Source: an uncultured Actinomycetota bacterium (GTDB lineage: Bacteria > Actinomycetota > Actinomycetes > Mycobacteriales > CADCTP01). Taken from it: a stretch of 64,000 bases of DNA. Positions 52,967 through 62,786 of the stretch are shown one piece after another (position 1 is the first letter of the stretch; each line of letters begins with the position of its first letter). Both the position numbers and the translations under genes were made by a program. Location: contig OY970235.1 of the NCBI GenBank assembly GCA_963714145.1, forward strand, positions 7,744,407 through 7,808,406, given 5' to 3'. The notes beneath the pieces are model-generated. The model was not told where the DNA came from. It searched no databases and saw only the letters and a program-made list of their open reading frames with translations.

Positions 52967-54424
52967 ATGCTTGCCTACTTCATGTCCGTCCGTCGATCGC
53001 GTTGGGTCAGCGGTGCGCCGGCGCGGCCCCGGGATCGGCGGCCGGTTGCCGCGCTGCTGCTGGTCGGGGTGCTGGCCGGCTGTAGCGGTGGTTCGAGCCA
53101 GCCGGACGTTACCCCCACGGCGGCACCGCCGGCGCCGACCGGGCCGACCTCGAGCGCGGCCCGGCCGAGCACCGGCGCGGTGGCGGCCCCGGCGGACTGG
53201 CCGACCTACCACCACGACAACGCCCGGACCGGGGTCGCGCCCGGGCTGGCCCCGCTCGGCACCCTGCGCCCGGCCTGGACCACCGAGCTGGACGGCGCCG
53301 TCTACGGCCAGCCGCTGGTCGTCGGCGACCGGCTGCTCGCGGGCACCGAGAACGACACCGTCTACGCGCTGGACAGTGCCACCGGGCGGGTGCTGTGGGC
53401 CCGGCATGTCGGCACCCCGGTCCGCCGCTCGGACCTGCCCTGCGGCAACATCGACCCGCTCGGCATCACCAGCACGATGGTCTACGACCCGGCCAGCCGG
53501 CACGTGTTCGCACTGGCCGAAATGGACGGTGCCCGACATGTCCTGGTGGAGGTCGACGTGGCCACCGGCGCGCTGGTCAGCAGCCGGCCGGCGGAGCCGC
53601 CGAGGGGCGACCGGGTGGCGCACCAGCAGCGCGGCGCGCTGACCCTGCTGGACGGCTGGGTGTACATCCCGTACGGCGGGCTGGCCGGCGACTGCGGCCA
53701 GTACATCGGCTCCGTGGTGGCGCTGCCGACCACCGGCACCGCGGCGGCCCGCAGCTACGCCATCCCGACCACCCGGGAAGCCGGCATCTGGACCCCCGGT
53801 GGCGGCGTGGTGCACGCCGGCCGGCTGCTGTACGCCAGCGGCAACGGCGAGTCCACTTCGGACTACGACGGCAGCGACTCGGTGCTCGCGCTCTCCCCGA
53901 CGCTGCAACTGGTGGACCGGTTCACCGCGCCGGAGTGGGTCGACGACAACCGCACCGACCTGGACCTCGGCTCGATGAGCCCGGCCGTTGTCGGGTCCTT
54001 TGTGTACATCCAGGGCAAGCGCGGCATCGGCTACGTGCTGCGCGCCGACCACCTCGGCGGGATCGGCGGCCAGGTGGCCACGTTGCGGGCCTGCGCGTCG
54101 TTCGGCGGCAGCGCGGTCAGCGGTGACACCGTCTACGTGCCGTGCCGGGGCCGGATGCGGGCGGTCCGGATCGACGCCACCGGCCAGCCGAGCCAGCGCT
54201 GGGAGGCGGCGGTGTCCGCGTCCGGCTCGCCGGTGCTCGGCGGCGGCGCGGTATTCGTCGTCGACTACGACGGCGGCATGCTGTACGCGCTGGACCCGGA
54301 CTCCGGCGCGGTCCGCCAGCAGGTCAGCATCGGCCGGGCGCCGCACTTCGCCTCGCCGACGCTGTCCGGCTCGCGGGCCTACGTCGGCACGATGGCCGGG
54401 GTGGTCGCGGTGGACGGCGCCTGA
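52967..54424 (+). CDS. PQQ-like beta-propeller lipoprotein
   Basis: Lipobox LAGC; DWPTYHHDNARTG, VYALDSATGRVLW, LYALDPDSG repeats. Start at 52967 or 52982. Confidence 0.82.
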   Translation: MLAYFMSVRRSRWVSGAPARPRDRRPVAALLLVGVLAGCSGGSSQPDVTPTAAPPAPTGPTSSAARPSTGAVAAPADWPTYHHDNARTGVAPGLAPLGTLRPAWTTELDGAVYGQPLVVGDRLLAGTENDTVYALDSATGRVLWARHVGTPVRRSDLPCGNIDPLGITSTMVYDPASRHVFALAEMDGARHVLVEVDVATGALVSSRPAEPPRGDRVAHQQRGALTLLDGWVYIPYGGLAGDCGQYIGSVVALPTTGTAAARSYAIPTTREAGIWTPGGGVVHAGRLLYASGNGESTSDYDGSDSVLALSPTLQLVDRFTAPEWVDDNRTDLDLGSMSPAVVGSFVYIQGKRGIGYVLRADHLGGIGGQVATLRACASFGGSAVSGDTVYVPCRGRMRAVRIDATGQPSQRWEAAVSASGSPVLGGGAVFVVDYDGGMLYALDPDSGAVRQQVSIGRAPHFASPTLSGSRAYVGTMAGVVAVDGA

Positions 54425-54433
54425 GCCGGGGCC

Positions 54434-54462
54434 GCCGCGACCGGCCCCGGGTCGGTCGCGGC
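54434..54462. terminator. Hairpin between convergent genes
   Basis: GCCGCGACCG pairs with CGGTCGCGGC. Confidence 0.45.
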
Positions 54463-54480
54463 AGCCCTGGCGCGGCGCGG

Positions 54481-55449
54481 TCAGTACGGGGATGCGGTGC
54501 CGAACGCGTAGCTGGCCGGCGGGGCGGTGCCGTTGTGCCCGGCGCAGAAGTTGTCCCGGGCCGCGGTGGTGGTCACCGGCGGCAGGTACAGGTTCCCGGG
54601 CGCCAGCAGGAGGGTCGCCTGGGCCGTGGCGGCCGTCTCGATCGTGGTCGCGACGATCGCCCGCGCGGCCGGCGTCGGCGCGGCCAGCAGCAGTTCGGCG
54701 TTGTGCCAGGCCAGTTCCCGCCAGGCCGCGATCAGCTGGAACAGGCCCGCGTAGCCGACACCGTACGGGGTGGCCAGGTTGACGATCGAGGAGTCCAGCC
54801 GGGCGATCTCCTCGATCAGCAGCGGCTCGGTGACCAGGTTCAGGAACTGGTCAACCTTGTCGTGGTCGGGCTTGCGGCTCTGCCCGCCCGGGGTGGCCAG
54901 CCCGATCGCGGCGAGCACGAACGGCAGGTCGCGGGTGATGTGCGCGTTCATGCCGAGCAGCAGGTCGGCGGTGCCGGTGGTGCGCTTGCTGCCGGCATTG
55001 TCCAGCGCGATCAGCCAGGCCTGCGGCACCGCCGCGCGATTCCCGGCCGCCCAGTTGTCGTACGCGGCGAAGTAGTACTTGGCGAACACCGCCGCCTCAT
55101 GGTTCACGTAGGCCGGATCCTGGAAGTACCCCAGTTGGGCCGCCGCCCATTGGAACGTCTGGGTGGTGCGTAAGTAGGCGAGCGCGAAGACCGCCTGGTG
55201 ATTGCAACTGTGCCCGAGCGGCCCGAATCGCGCGTTCATCTCGTCGATGATCGCGCTGGTACACACCGGACGCCCGGCCACGCAGTCATTCGTGCTGTCC
55301 GGCACATACTGGTCGAGCAGGCCCGGCAATAACGCCGGCCAGGGCAGGTAGATCGGATCGGCCTGAGCCGGCTGCGCCGACCCCACCAGCAGCGCGGCAC
55401 CCGTCAACAGCGCACTGATGAACACACGAACGCGACGTCGGGACAGCAC
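54481..55449 (-). CDS. Secreted DUF5995-like protein
   Basis: Signal peptide (AQA-D); FALAYLRTT, FAKYYFAAY, LLGMNAHITRDLP motifs; RBS GAGGAGG. Confidence 0.75.
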   Translation of the reverse strand: MLSRRRVRVFISALLTGAALLVGSAQPAQADPIYLPWPALLPGLLDQYVPDSTNDCVAGRPVCTSAIIDEMNARFGPLGHSCNHQAVFALAYLRTTQTFQWAAAQLGYFQDPAYVNHEAAVFAKYYFAAYDNWAAGNRAAVPQAWLIALDNAGSKRTTGTADLLLGMNAHITRDLPFVLAAIGLATPGGQSRKPDHDKVDQFLNLVTEPLLIEEIARLDSSIVNLATPYGVGYAGLFQLIAAWRELAWHNAELLLAAPTPAARAIVATTIETAATAQATLLLAPGNLYLPPVTTTAARDNFCAGHNGTAPPASYAFGTASPY

Positions 55450-55570
55450 GAATCCTCCTCAGCTGACAGCGAATAACCCCACCCCCGACGTGGCGTCCAA
55501 TCTGTACCACGGGCGGTCGCCGGCGGCGCGAGGTTCGGCCGAACGGTCAACACGGTCGTACCGTTGGTCG

Positions 55571-55960
55571 GTGCAGGAAGTTTGGCGGGTGGGGGCGGTA
55601 GGGGTGGCCGCCGTGCATTTCGGGTTTCTGGGGTATGTGGCGGTGGGCGGGTTTCTGGCCTGGCGGTGGCCGCGGGCGGTGTGGGCGCACCTGGCCGCGG
55701 TCGGGTGGGGGCTGGCCGGGATCGTGACGCCGGTGGTGTGCCCGCTGACCGGCCTGCAGGACGCGTTCCGGCGGTGGGCCGGGGAGCCGCCGCTGCGGGG
55801 CGGGTTCATCGATCAGTACATCGAAGGCGTGCTGTATCCGGAGCGGTTCACGCCGCTGCTGCGGGCGGTGCTGGCCGCTGCGATCGTAGTGTCCTGGCTC
55901 GGCGCGCTCCGGGTCCGGAGCGCGGGTCAGGGCGTGCCCGGCGGGGTGACCGGGAGGTAG
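55571..55960 (+). CDS. DUF2784-like membrane protein
   Basis: HFGFLGYVAVGG...HL...CPLT...GGFIDQYIEGVLYP. Confidence 0.78.
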   Translation: MQEVWRVGAVGVAAVHFGFLGYVAVGGFLAWRWPRAVWAHLAAVGWGLAGIVTPVVCPLTGLQDAFRRWAGEPPLRGGFIDQYIEGVLYPERFTPLLRAVLAAAIVVSWLGALRVRSAGQGVPGGVTGR

Positions 55961-56625
55961 TCGACCCGGAAGAAACCGCGTACCGGGTGGCTGATGCCGA
56001 GGTTGTGCCGGAAGGTCGTGGCCCGGGTGGGGGCGCCGGTGTCGGCGGTGATCCAGACGTCGTCGTCGCGGCCCCGGTTCGGGTCGTAGATCCGCAGCCG
56101 GAGCGTGCTGCCGGCGGCCTCGTAGCCGTACGCCAGCACCTGATGATTCTGCCCGAGTTCGGCCGGGTTGTGCGAGTGCGCGGTGACCAGGCCGAGGCAG
56201 CTGGGCTGGCCGGCGTCGATGTCGGCGCGGATCCGCGGCAGTTCCTCGACCAGCGTGCGCCAGGCCAGGCCGCGGCTGGCGACCACGTGGTGGCCGAAGA
56301 TGTCGAAGCTGGTGTCGGCGTCACCGGCCGACATCCACTGGTAGTACCGGGCCACCCCGCGCGGGATGTCCCAACTGGTGATCAGCCGGTCGACGATGAA
56401 GCGGAACAGCGGTGTACCGCCGGCCGGCTGCTGCTCCGGCGGTGTCCGGCCGGCCCGCAGGTAGTCGCGGACGGCGAACACCATCCCGCCGCACAGGCCG
56501 TTGCTGGCGTCGCCGAGGTTCAGCCGGCCCAGCGGCGACTCGATCGTGACCGCCGGCTCCGCCGGCCAATTGTTGACGAACCCGAACGCATCCTGACTTG
56601 GCAGGAACCCTGGCACAGTAGGCAT
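55927..56625 (-). CDS. Hypothetical protein with papain/transglutaminase-like Cys-His-Asp motifs
   Basis: GLCGGM, NHQVLAYGY and IYDPN appear in the order typical of papain-fold proteases; ATG at 56625. Confidence 0.6.
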   Translation of the reverse strand: MPTVPGFLPSQDAFGFVNNWPAEPAVTIESPLGRLNLGDASNGLCGGMVFAVRDYLRAGRTPPEQQPAGGTPLFRFIVDRLITSWDIPRGVARYYQWMSAGDADTSFDIFGHHVVASRGLAWRTLVEELPRIRADIDAGQPSCLGLVTAHSHNPAELGQNHQVLAYGYEAAGSTLRLRIYDPNRGRDDDVWITADTGAPTRATTFRHNLGISHPVRGFFRVDYLPVTPPGTP

Positions 56626-56825
56626 CCCGCACCCCCCACTGCATGGAGGCGGCGGCGGGCCGCCCAGATACAGCGTGCGGCCGACCGGATCCGGACGCCA
56701 GCTCGACCAACGTCCGGTGTCGCGGGCCGGACGCCAATCCGCCCCGGGCCGGTCGAAAACCACTGGAACCCGGTCGGGTCGGCCGGTGTAGCAGCGGCGT
56801 GCAGTCTCGAATCCAGGGAGCTTCC

Positions 56826-57437
56826 ATGATCCGTCGCGTCCTACTGGTCAGCGTCGCCGTGCTTGTCGCCGTCCTGGGCCTGGCGGCGCCGGCCGCGGCG
56901 AAGGGACCGCTGGCGGCCACTGTCTCCGGACCGGGGCTGACCGCGCCGAAGCGGTTCGTGCTGCAGGACGAGCCGGGCGTCGGGTTGGCCCTGCTGGTGG
57001 AGGTGTCCAGGCTCTGGGACACCGGCGTCGGCAGCAGGTCGACCCTGCCGGCGCCGACGGACCCCGGCCCGGTCTACACGATCTCCTACGACTACGGCGT
57101 GCTGGACGGCAAACCCCGGCAGTTCCGGCAGGATCTCTACCCGCGGGCGGACTCGTGGCCGGTCATCTACACGCCGGCCGGGCAGTCGGTCTTCGAGAGC
57201 GCGGAGCCGGCCACCGGGGGCTGGATGACCGGCCCGGCCAACATGGTCGAACAGCTGGCCAAGCTCGGGATCGCGGTGCCGCCGAAGCCGGCCCGCCCGG
57301 TGCCGGCGGCGGCGCCGGTCGCGGCACCCGCCGGTGGGTCCGGAGCCCCGGGCTGGCTGCTGCTGGCCGGGCTGCTGGCCGTGCTGGCCCTCGGCGGGGG
57401 CAGTGTCCTCATCCGACGCCGGCTGAGCGCGGTCTGA
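56826..57437 (+). CDS. Secreted protein with a C-terminal membrane anchor
   Basis: RBS GGGAG; signal peptide ending PAAA-KGP; C-terminal Pro/Ala linker, TM helix and RRR tail. Confidence 0.75.
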   Translation: MIRRVLLVSVAVLVAVLGLAAPAAAKGPLAATVSGPGLTAPKRFVLQDEPGVGLALLVEVSRLWDTGVGSRSTLPAPTDPGPVYTISYDYGVLDGKPRQFRQDLYPRADSWPVIYTPAGQSVFESAEPATGGWMTGPANMVEQLAKLGIAVPPKPARPVPAAAPVAAPAGGSGAPGWLLLAGLLAVLALGGGSVLIRRRLSAV

Positions 57438-58149
57438 TCCAGTCCGGGAGGTGCTGGTCCAGCTCCCGGCGCAGGTCGAGCGCGTCGGTATGCAGCGCGG
57501 TGACCAGCAGCCCGGGGCCGGCCAGCGGCATCGCCGCGCACGTCGGGCCGGCCGTTCCGGCCGGTCGCTGCACTGTCCATTGTGGATCGATCTGGAGCAG
57601 GGTGCCGACCGCGCCGGCACCGACCATGGACGCCGGCGCGCGGGTGGCCGGGTCGGCGCCATCCAGGTCGAGCCGGTGCCGCAGCAGCGGCGCACCGGCG
57701 GCGTCGGCGTGCAGCCGGCCGTGGTACCGGCCACCGGGCTCGCCGTGCCGGCCCAGCAGTACCTCCTCGCGCAGCAGCAGCACCCCACCGGCCTCGACCT
57801 CGACCAGCGTGCTGGCCCGGTGGCAGGCGCCGGCGGCGATCACCGTCGGCTCCGGCAGCACCGCCAGCCGGCCGCCGGCCGCGACCGACACCGTCACGGT
57901 CAGCGTGGACGGGCCCGGGCCGGGCAGCACGACCGTGGCGGCCACCGTCCGCAGCACCAGTTCGGCGCCCGGTCCGACCACAATGGACAGTTTCAGGTCG
58001 TCGCCGCCGAGCGGGCCGGCCGCGCTGGCGGCCAGGTAGAGCACACCGCCGGCCGGCCGCAGGGTCAGCGGCGGCTGCGAGCGCAGCGTGGTCAGCCGGG
58101 TGCCGCCGTCGCGGCCGGCCGCCGCCACGACCGCCGCGCGCGCCTTCAC
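57409..58149 (-). CDS. ureD: Urease accessory protein UreD
   Basis: [37 protein letters not shown]; GTGA overlap with the ureG stop. Confidence 0.85.
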   Translation of the reverse strand: MKARAAVVAAAGRDGGTRLTTLRSQPPLTLRPAGGVLYLAASAAGPLGGDDLKLSIVVGPGAELVLRTVAATVVLPGPGPSTLTVTVSVAAGGRLAVLPEPTVIAAGACHRASTLVEVEAGGVLLLREEVLLGRHGEPGGRYHGRLHADAAGAPLLRHRLDLDGADPATRAPASMVGAGAVGTLLQIDPQWTVQRPAGTAGPTCAAMPLAGPGLLVTALHTDALDLRRELDQHLPDWIRPRSAGVG

Positions 58150-58946
58150 CCGGCGGCTCGGCCTGGCCCGGTGGTTCGACCCGGCCGCGCCGGCCCTGCT
58201 GGTGCCGGTCCGGTGGTGCGGATCGCGTCGGCGGCTCGGGCCGGTTCGGCGGCTCGGGCCGGTTCGGGCGGGGCGCTTCGCCGGTGTGCGGCCAGCCGGT
58301 CGCGCACCCAGCCGGTGACGGTCGGAGCCGCCGGCTCGGCGCGCAGCGAGATCAGCAGTACCGGCAGCTCGCCGCGAACCGCCCGGGCGTCCCGTTCCAT
58401 CACGCCGAGGTCCGCGCCGACCAGCGCGGCCAGGTCGGTCTTGTTCACCACCAGCAGGTCGGCCCGGGTCACCCCGGGGCCGCCCTTGCGCGGCACCTTG
58501 TCGCCACCGGAGACGTCCAGCACGAACACCTGCTGGTCGATCAGGCCGTAGCTGAAGGTGGCGGTCAGGTTGTCCCCGCCGCTCTCCACCAGCAGCAGGT
58601 CCAGCGCCGGGTGCCGGGATTCCAGCTGCTCGATCGCGTCCAGGTTCGCGCTGATGTCGTCCCGGATCGCGGTGTGCGGGCAGCACCCGGTCTGCACGGC
58701 GATGATCCGGTCCGGGTCGAGCACCCCGGCCCGGCGCAGGAAGTCGGCGTCCTCGGTGGTGTAGATGTCGTTGGTCACCACGCCGAGGTCCACTTCGGAC
58801 CCGAGCGATCGGCAGAGTGCCGCCACCAGGGCGGTCTTACCGCTGCCGACCGGGCCGCCGATGCCGATCCGCAGCGCCCGGTCGGGCCGGATCGGGCCGG
58901 GTGGACGTATCTCATGGGCGTGGTCGCCGCCGTGGTCAGGAGGCAA
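58146..58946 (-). CDS. ureG: Urease accessory GTPase UreG
   Basis: [40 protein letters not shown]; TTG start with RBS GGAGG. Confidence 0.95.
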   Translation of the reverse strand: MPPDHGGDHAHEIRPPGPIRPDRALRIGIGGPVGSGKTALVAALCRSLGSEVDLGVVTNDIYTTEDADFLRRAGVLDPDRIIAVQTGCCPHTAIRDDISANLDAIEQLESRHPALDLLLVESGGDNLTATFSYGLIDQQVFVLDVSGGDKVPRKGGPGVTRADLLVVNKTDLAALVGADLGVMERDARAVRGELPVLLISLRAEPAAPTVTGWVRDRLAAHRRSAPPEPARAAEPARAADAIRTTGPAPAGPARPGRTTGPGRAAG

Positions 58947-59799
58947 AGAGACGCACCTCCGATCGCGCGTGCAGTTCGGCGAGCAGGTCCAGCCGGGGCG
59001 CGGCCGGACAGGGTAGGTCGGCCGGCGGCCCGGCGGCCGCCGCCACCGCCCGGTCGGCGACCGCCGCGATGTCGCCGGCCAGCCCGGCCAGCACGGCGTG
59101 CACCAGCAGCGGGTCGAAGCCGCGCAACCGGATCGCCGCGGTGGCCGGCCCGGACACCGCCAGGTACCCGGCCGCCAGCGCGGCGGCGGTGGCATCGCCG
59201 CCCGCGGCGACACTGACCGCGCCCAGCGCCACCGGGTGATGCGGCCCGCCAGCCCGCCCTGCCGTGCCGGCCCGCCCGGTCGGCCCGCCCGGCCCGGCCG
59301 GGAGGTCCAGCGCGCCCAGCCCAGCCAGTACCGGGCCGGGCCAGGCGGCCCGGCCGGCGCGCAGCAGCGCCCGCCCCTGCTGCCGGGACGCTGCCCGCTG
59401 CGCCGGTGACGGGGTCCGTGCGTCCGCCTCCGCGTCGAGCTCGGCCCAGGCACCCGCCGAATCCACTGTGGACGCGTCGATGGCCCGGCCCGGCCCGGCT
59501 GCCGCTGCTGGCCGCGGGTCCACACCGTCCGGCGTCGACCCACCGTCGACCGGACTCGCCCCGCCACCGGCATCCACTGTGGACCGCCCGGCGAGCCGGG
59601 CCGCCGCGGCGGCCAGTCCGGCGGCCACCAGTCCGGCCGTCCACAGCCGGCCGCGCAGGAAGCCGGCCAGGCCGGCCGGGTCGTGGACCAGACCCGCGTC
59701 GAGCGCCGCCTCCATCCCGCCGGAGTGCGCGTGCCCGCCGGCCGGCAGCCGGGAGTCGGTCAGCAGCACCAGCGCGACTGCTGCGGGTAGCGAGGTCAT
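58936..59799 (-). CDS. ureF: Urease accessory protein UreF
   Basis: [18 protein letters not shown] and C-terminal RLFAS; carries low-complexity insertions. Confidence 0.9.
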   Translation of the reverse strand: MTSLPAAVALVLLTDSRLPAGGHAHSGGMEAALDAGLVHDPAGLAGFLRGRLWTAGLVAAGLAAAAARLAGRSTVDAGGGASPVDGGSTPDGVDPRPAAAAGPGRAIDASTVDSAGAWAELDAEADARTPSPAQRAASRQQGRALLRAGRAAWPGPVLAGLGALDLPAGPGGPTGRAGTAGRAGGPHHPVALGAVSVAAGGDATAAALAAGYLAVSGPATAAIRLRGFDPLLVHAVLAGLAGDIAAVADRAVAAAAGPPADLPCPAAPRLDLLAELHARSEVRLFAS

Positions 59800-59804
59800 C
59801 GGGC

Positions 59805-61526
59805 TCAGAACAGGAAGTAGCGCTGGGTCATCGGCAGTTCGACGGCCGGCTCGGCCTCGATCACGTCGCCGTCGATGCGGACCGTGAAGGTGTCCGGCTC
59901 GACCTCGACCCGCGGCAGCGCGGTGTTCTCCGGCAGGTCGGCCTTGCGTAGCGACCGGACATCGCCGACCGGCACCAGCGGCCGGGGCAGTTGCAGCCGC
60001 TCGGCCAGCCCGTCCGCCAGCGCGGCCGGCGCGACGAAGGTCAGCGAGGTGGCCGCGGCGGCCCGCGGCGCGGCGCCCCACATCGGCCGGGGCAGCACCG
60101 GCTGCGGCGTCGGGATCGAGGCGTTCGCGTCGCCCATCGCGCCCCAGGCGATCAGCCCGCCCTTCAGCACGACGTGCGGCCGGACGCCGAAGAACGCCGG
60201 CTCCCAGAGCACCAGGTCGGCCAGTTTTCCCGCCGCCACCGAGCCGATCTCGGCGTCCAGTCCATGTGTGACAGCCGGGCAGATCGTGTACTTCGCGACG
60301 TACCGGCGGGCCCGCAGGTTGTCCGCCGCGCCATCGCCGGCCAGCGCGCCGCGCCGCTGCTTCATCACATGCGCGGTCTGCCAGGTGCGGATGATCACCT
60401 CGCCGATCCGGCCCATCGCCTGCGCGTCCGACCCGATCATCGAGATCGCGCCGAGGTCGTGCAGCACGTCCTCGGCGGCGATGGTGGACGGCCGGATCCG
60501 GCTCTCGGCGAAGGCGAGGTCTTCCGGCACGGCCGGGTTCAGGTGGTGGCAGACCATCAGCATGTCGAGGTGCTCGTCGATGGTGTTCACCGTGAACGGC
60601 CGGGTCGGGTTGGTGGACGACGGCAGCACGTTCGGGTGGCTGACCACGGTGATGATGTCCGGCGCGTGCCCGCCGCCGGCACCCTCGGTGTGGTAGGCGT
60701 GGATGGATCGGCCGGCGATAGCGGCCAGCGTGTCCTCCACGAAGCCGGCCTCGTTCAGCGTGTCGCTGTGCAGCGCCGCCTGCACGCCGGCCTGGTCGCA
60801 CACCCGCAGGCAGGCGTCGATGGCGGCCGGCGTGGAGCCCCAGTCCTCGTGCAGCTTGAAGCCGGCCGCGCCGGCCCGCAGCTGCTCCCACATCGCCGGC
60901 GCGGACACGGTGTTGCCCTTGCCCAGCAGCATCACGTTCACCGGCAGGTCGGCCATCGCGGCGTGCATCCGGGCCAGGTGCCAGGAACCGGGGGTGACCG
61001 TGGTCGCCTTGGTGCCCTCGGCCGGGCCGGTGCCACCGCCGATGACCGTGGTGATGCCGGCGCCGAGCGCCTCCGGGATCAACTGTGGACAGATCAGGTG
61101 CACGTGGCAGTCGATCGCGCCCGCGGTCAGGATCTTCCCGTTGCCGGCGAGGATCTCGGTGGACGGCCCGATCACCAGGTCCGGGTGGACGCCGGTCATC
61201 GTGTCCGGGTTGCCCGCCTTGCCCAGCGCGGTGATCCGGCCGTCCCGGATGCCGACGTCCGCCTTGATCACGCCCCAGTGGTCCAGGATCACCGCTCCGG
61301 TGATGACGAGATCCGGGGCGCCCTCGGCCCGGGTGGCCAGCGACTGCCCCATCGACTCGCGGATCACCTTGCCGCCGCCGAACACCGCCTCGTCACCGGC
61401 GACCGGCCCGCGGGACAGATCCTCGGTGACTTCGATCAGCAGGTTGGTGTCGGCCAGCCGGATCCGGTCGCCGGTCGTCGGCCCGTACAGCAGCGCGTAC
61501 CGCTGCCGGGTCAGCTCAGCCGGCAT
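59805..61526 (-). CDS. ureC: Urease alpha subunit
   Basis: [53 protein letters not shown]. Confidence 0.98.
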   Translation of the reverse strand: MPAELTRQRYALLYGPTTGDRIRLADTNLLIEVTEDLSRGPVAGDEAVFGGGKVIRESMGQSLATRAEGAPDLVITGAVILDHWGVIKADVGIRDGRITALGKAGNPDTMTGVHPDLVIGPSTEILAGNGKILTAGAIDCHVHLICPQLIPEALGAGITTVIGGGTGPAEGTKATTVTPGSWHLARMHAAMADLPVNVMLLGKGNTVSAPAMWEQLRAGAAGFKLHEDWGSTPAAIDACLRVCDQAGVQAALHSDTLNEAGFVEDTLAAIAGRSIHAYHTEGAGGGHAPDIITVVSHPNVLPSSTNPTRPFTVNTIDEHLDMLMVCHHLNPAVPEDLAFAESRIRPSTIAAEDVLHDLGAISMIGSDAQAMGRIGEVIIRTWQTAHVMKQRRGALAGDGAADNLRARRYVAKYTICPAVTHGLDAEIGSVAAGKLADLVLWEPAFFGVRPHVVLKGGLIAWGAMGDANASIPTPQPVLPRPMWGAAPRAAAATSLTFVAPAALADGLAERLQLPRPLVPVGDVRSLRKADLPENTALPRVEVEPDTFTVRIDGDVIEAEPAVELPMTQRYFLF

Positions 61527-61977
61527 CAGCACCGTCCACTTCGGACTTTTGTCCGGTCCGGGCCGGGGCGGCAGCGCCGGACTCGGGCCCGGCACCGGCT
61601 GGGCCGGCACCGTCGGGCGGTCGGCCGGCCGGGCCCGGGGCAGCACCGTCCAGATCGGACGGACCGCCGAGCCGTAGCCCCGGCACCCGGCGGTGGCCGG
61701 CCAGCGGCACGGCCGAGACCTCCCGGGTGACCCCGGGCTCGAACCGCACCGCGGTGCCGGCGGGGATGTCCAGCCGGTGCCCCCAGGCGGCGGCCCGGTC
61801 GAACCGCAGCGCCGGGTTGGCGGCGGCCAGGTGATAGTGCGAGCCCACCTGTACCGGCCGGTCGCCGGTGTTGCGCACGACCAGCGTCCGCGCCGGCCGG
61901 TCGGCGTTCAGCAGCACCGGTTCGGCTCCGACGATCACCTCGCCCGGCACGCCGGTACCGGTGTCCGGCCCGGTCAT
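61516..61977 (-). CDS. ureB: Urease beta subunit
   Basis: VPGE...[14 protein letters not shown]...[15 protein letters not shown]. Confidence 0.95.
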   Translation of the reverse strand: MTGPDTGTGVPGEVIVGAEPVLLNADRPARTLVVRNTGDRPVQVGSHYHLAAANPALRFDRAAAWGHRLDIPAGTAVRFEPGVTREVSAVPLAGHRRVPGLRLGGPSDLDGAAPGPAGRPPDGAGPAGAGPESGAAAPARTGQKSEVDGADAG

Positions 61978-62276
61978 GGGATCGGCCGGTGCACGGTGAT
62001 CAGCTTGGTGCCGTCCGGGAAGGTCGCCTCGACCTGCACCTCGTCCAGCATCTCCGGCACCCCGGCCAGGACGTCGTCGCGGTCGAGCACCTCGCGCCCG
62101 GCGGACATCAGGTCCACCACCGACCGGCCGTCCCGGGCGCCCTCGAGCAGGAACGAGGTGATCAGCGCGACCGCCTCGGGGTAGTTGAGCCGCAGGCCGC
62201 GAGCCCGCCGGTCCCGGGCCAACCCGGCGGCCACGTGCACGAGCAGGCGCTCCTGCTCGTGCGGGGTCAGCCGCAC
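61974..62276 (-). CDS. ureA: Urease gamma subunit
   Basis: [12 protein letters not shown]...LNYPEA...[15 protein letters not shown]; GTG start at 62276. Confidence 0.95.
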   Translation of the reverse strand: MRLTPHEQERLLVHVAAGLARDRRARGLRLNYPEAVALITSFLLEGARDGRSVVDLMSAGREVLDRDDVLAGVPEMLDEVQVEATFPDGTKLITVHRPIP

Positions 62277-62349
62277 CCGAGCCTCGCAGCCATCGGCGCC
62301 TCCCTGCGGACGACTGCGAGGGATTGTCGCACCAGGCCCCGGCCGGCAG

Positions 62350-62365
62350 GTTGCCACCGCGTTAC
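62350..62365 (-). promoter_or_regulatory. GlnR-box-like site upstream of ureA
   Basis: Minus strand GTAAC-n6-GCAAC resembles the actinobacterial GlnR gTnAc-n6-GaAAc box. Confidence 0.5.
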
Positions 62366-62518
62366 CGGGCCGGCCGCGCCCCGCGCCGGTGGACCGGTCG
62401 ATTGTGCCTGTGCCGGGCTGATCAGCAGCCGTCTGACGCAGTATGATGATGCATGACTACATCATGATGGAGCCGGAATGAATCTAGTTGGCCACCCAGG
62501 AAGGATGTCGATAGCCAG

Positions 62519-62770
62519 ATGGAGACGGAAGAGCGGGTCACCGAGCGGCAGTACCTGCGCGGGCTGGGCAAGCGGATCAAGCTGCTGCGGATCGACCGGG
62601 AGCTGTCGCAGGAGCAGTTGGCCAAGGCGTCCGGCATGTCGCGAAACTTCGTCAGCTCGGTCGAGCGCGGCGCCCACGGCGTGGACGTGGTGCGGCTGGT
62701 CCGGCTGGCCGCCGCGTTGGGCGTCGATGTCGCGGTGCTGGTGTCCGACCCTCCCGGCCGGGTCTCGTGA
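62519..62770 (+). CDS. Small XRE-family HTH regulator
   Basis: LGKRIKLLRIDRELSQEQLAKASGMSRNFVSSVERG...LAAALGV. Confidence 0.88.
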   Translation: METEERVTERQYLRGLGKRIKLLRIDRELSQEQLAKASGMSRNFVSSVERGAHGVDVVRLVRLAAALGVDVAVLVSDPPGRVS

Positions 62771-62786
62771 CCGGCCAGCCCACCGC

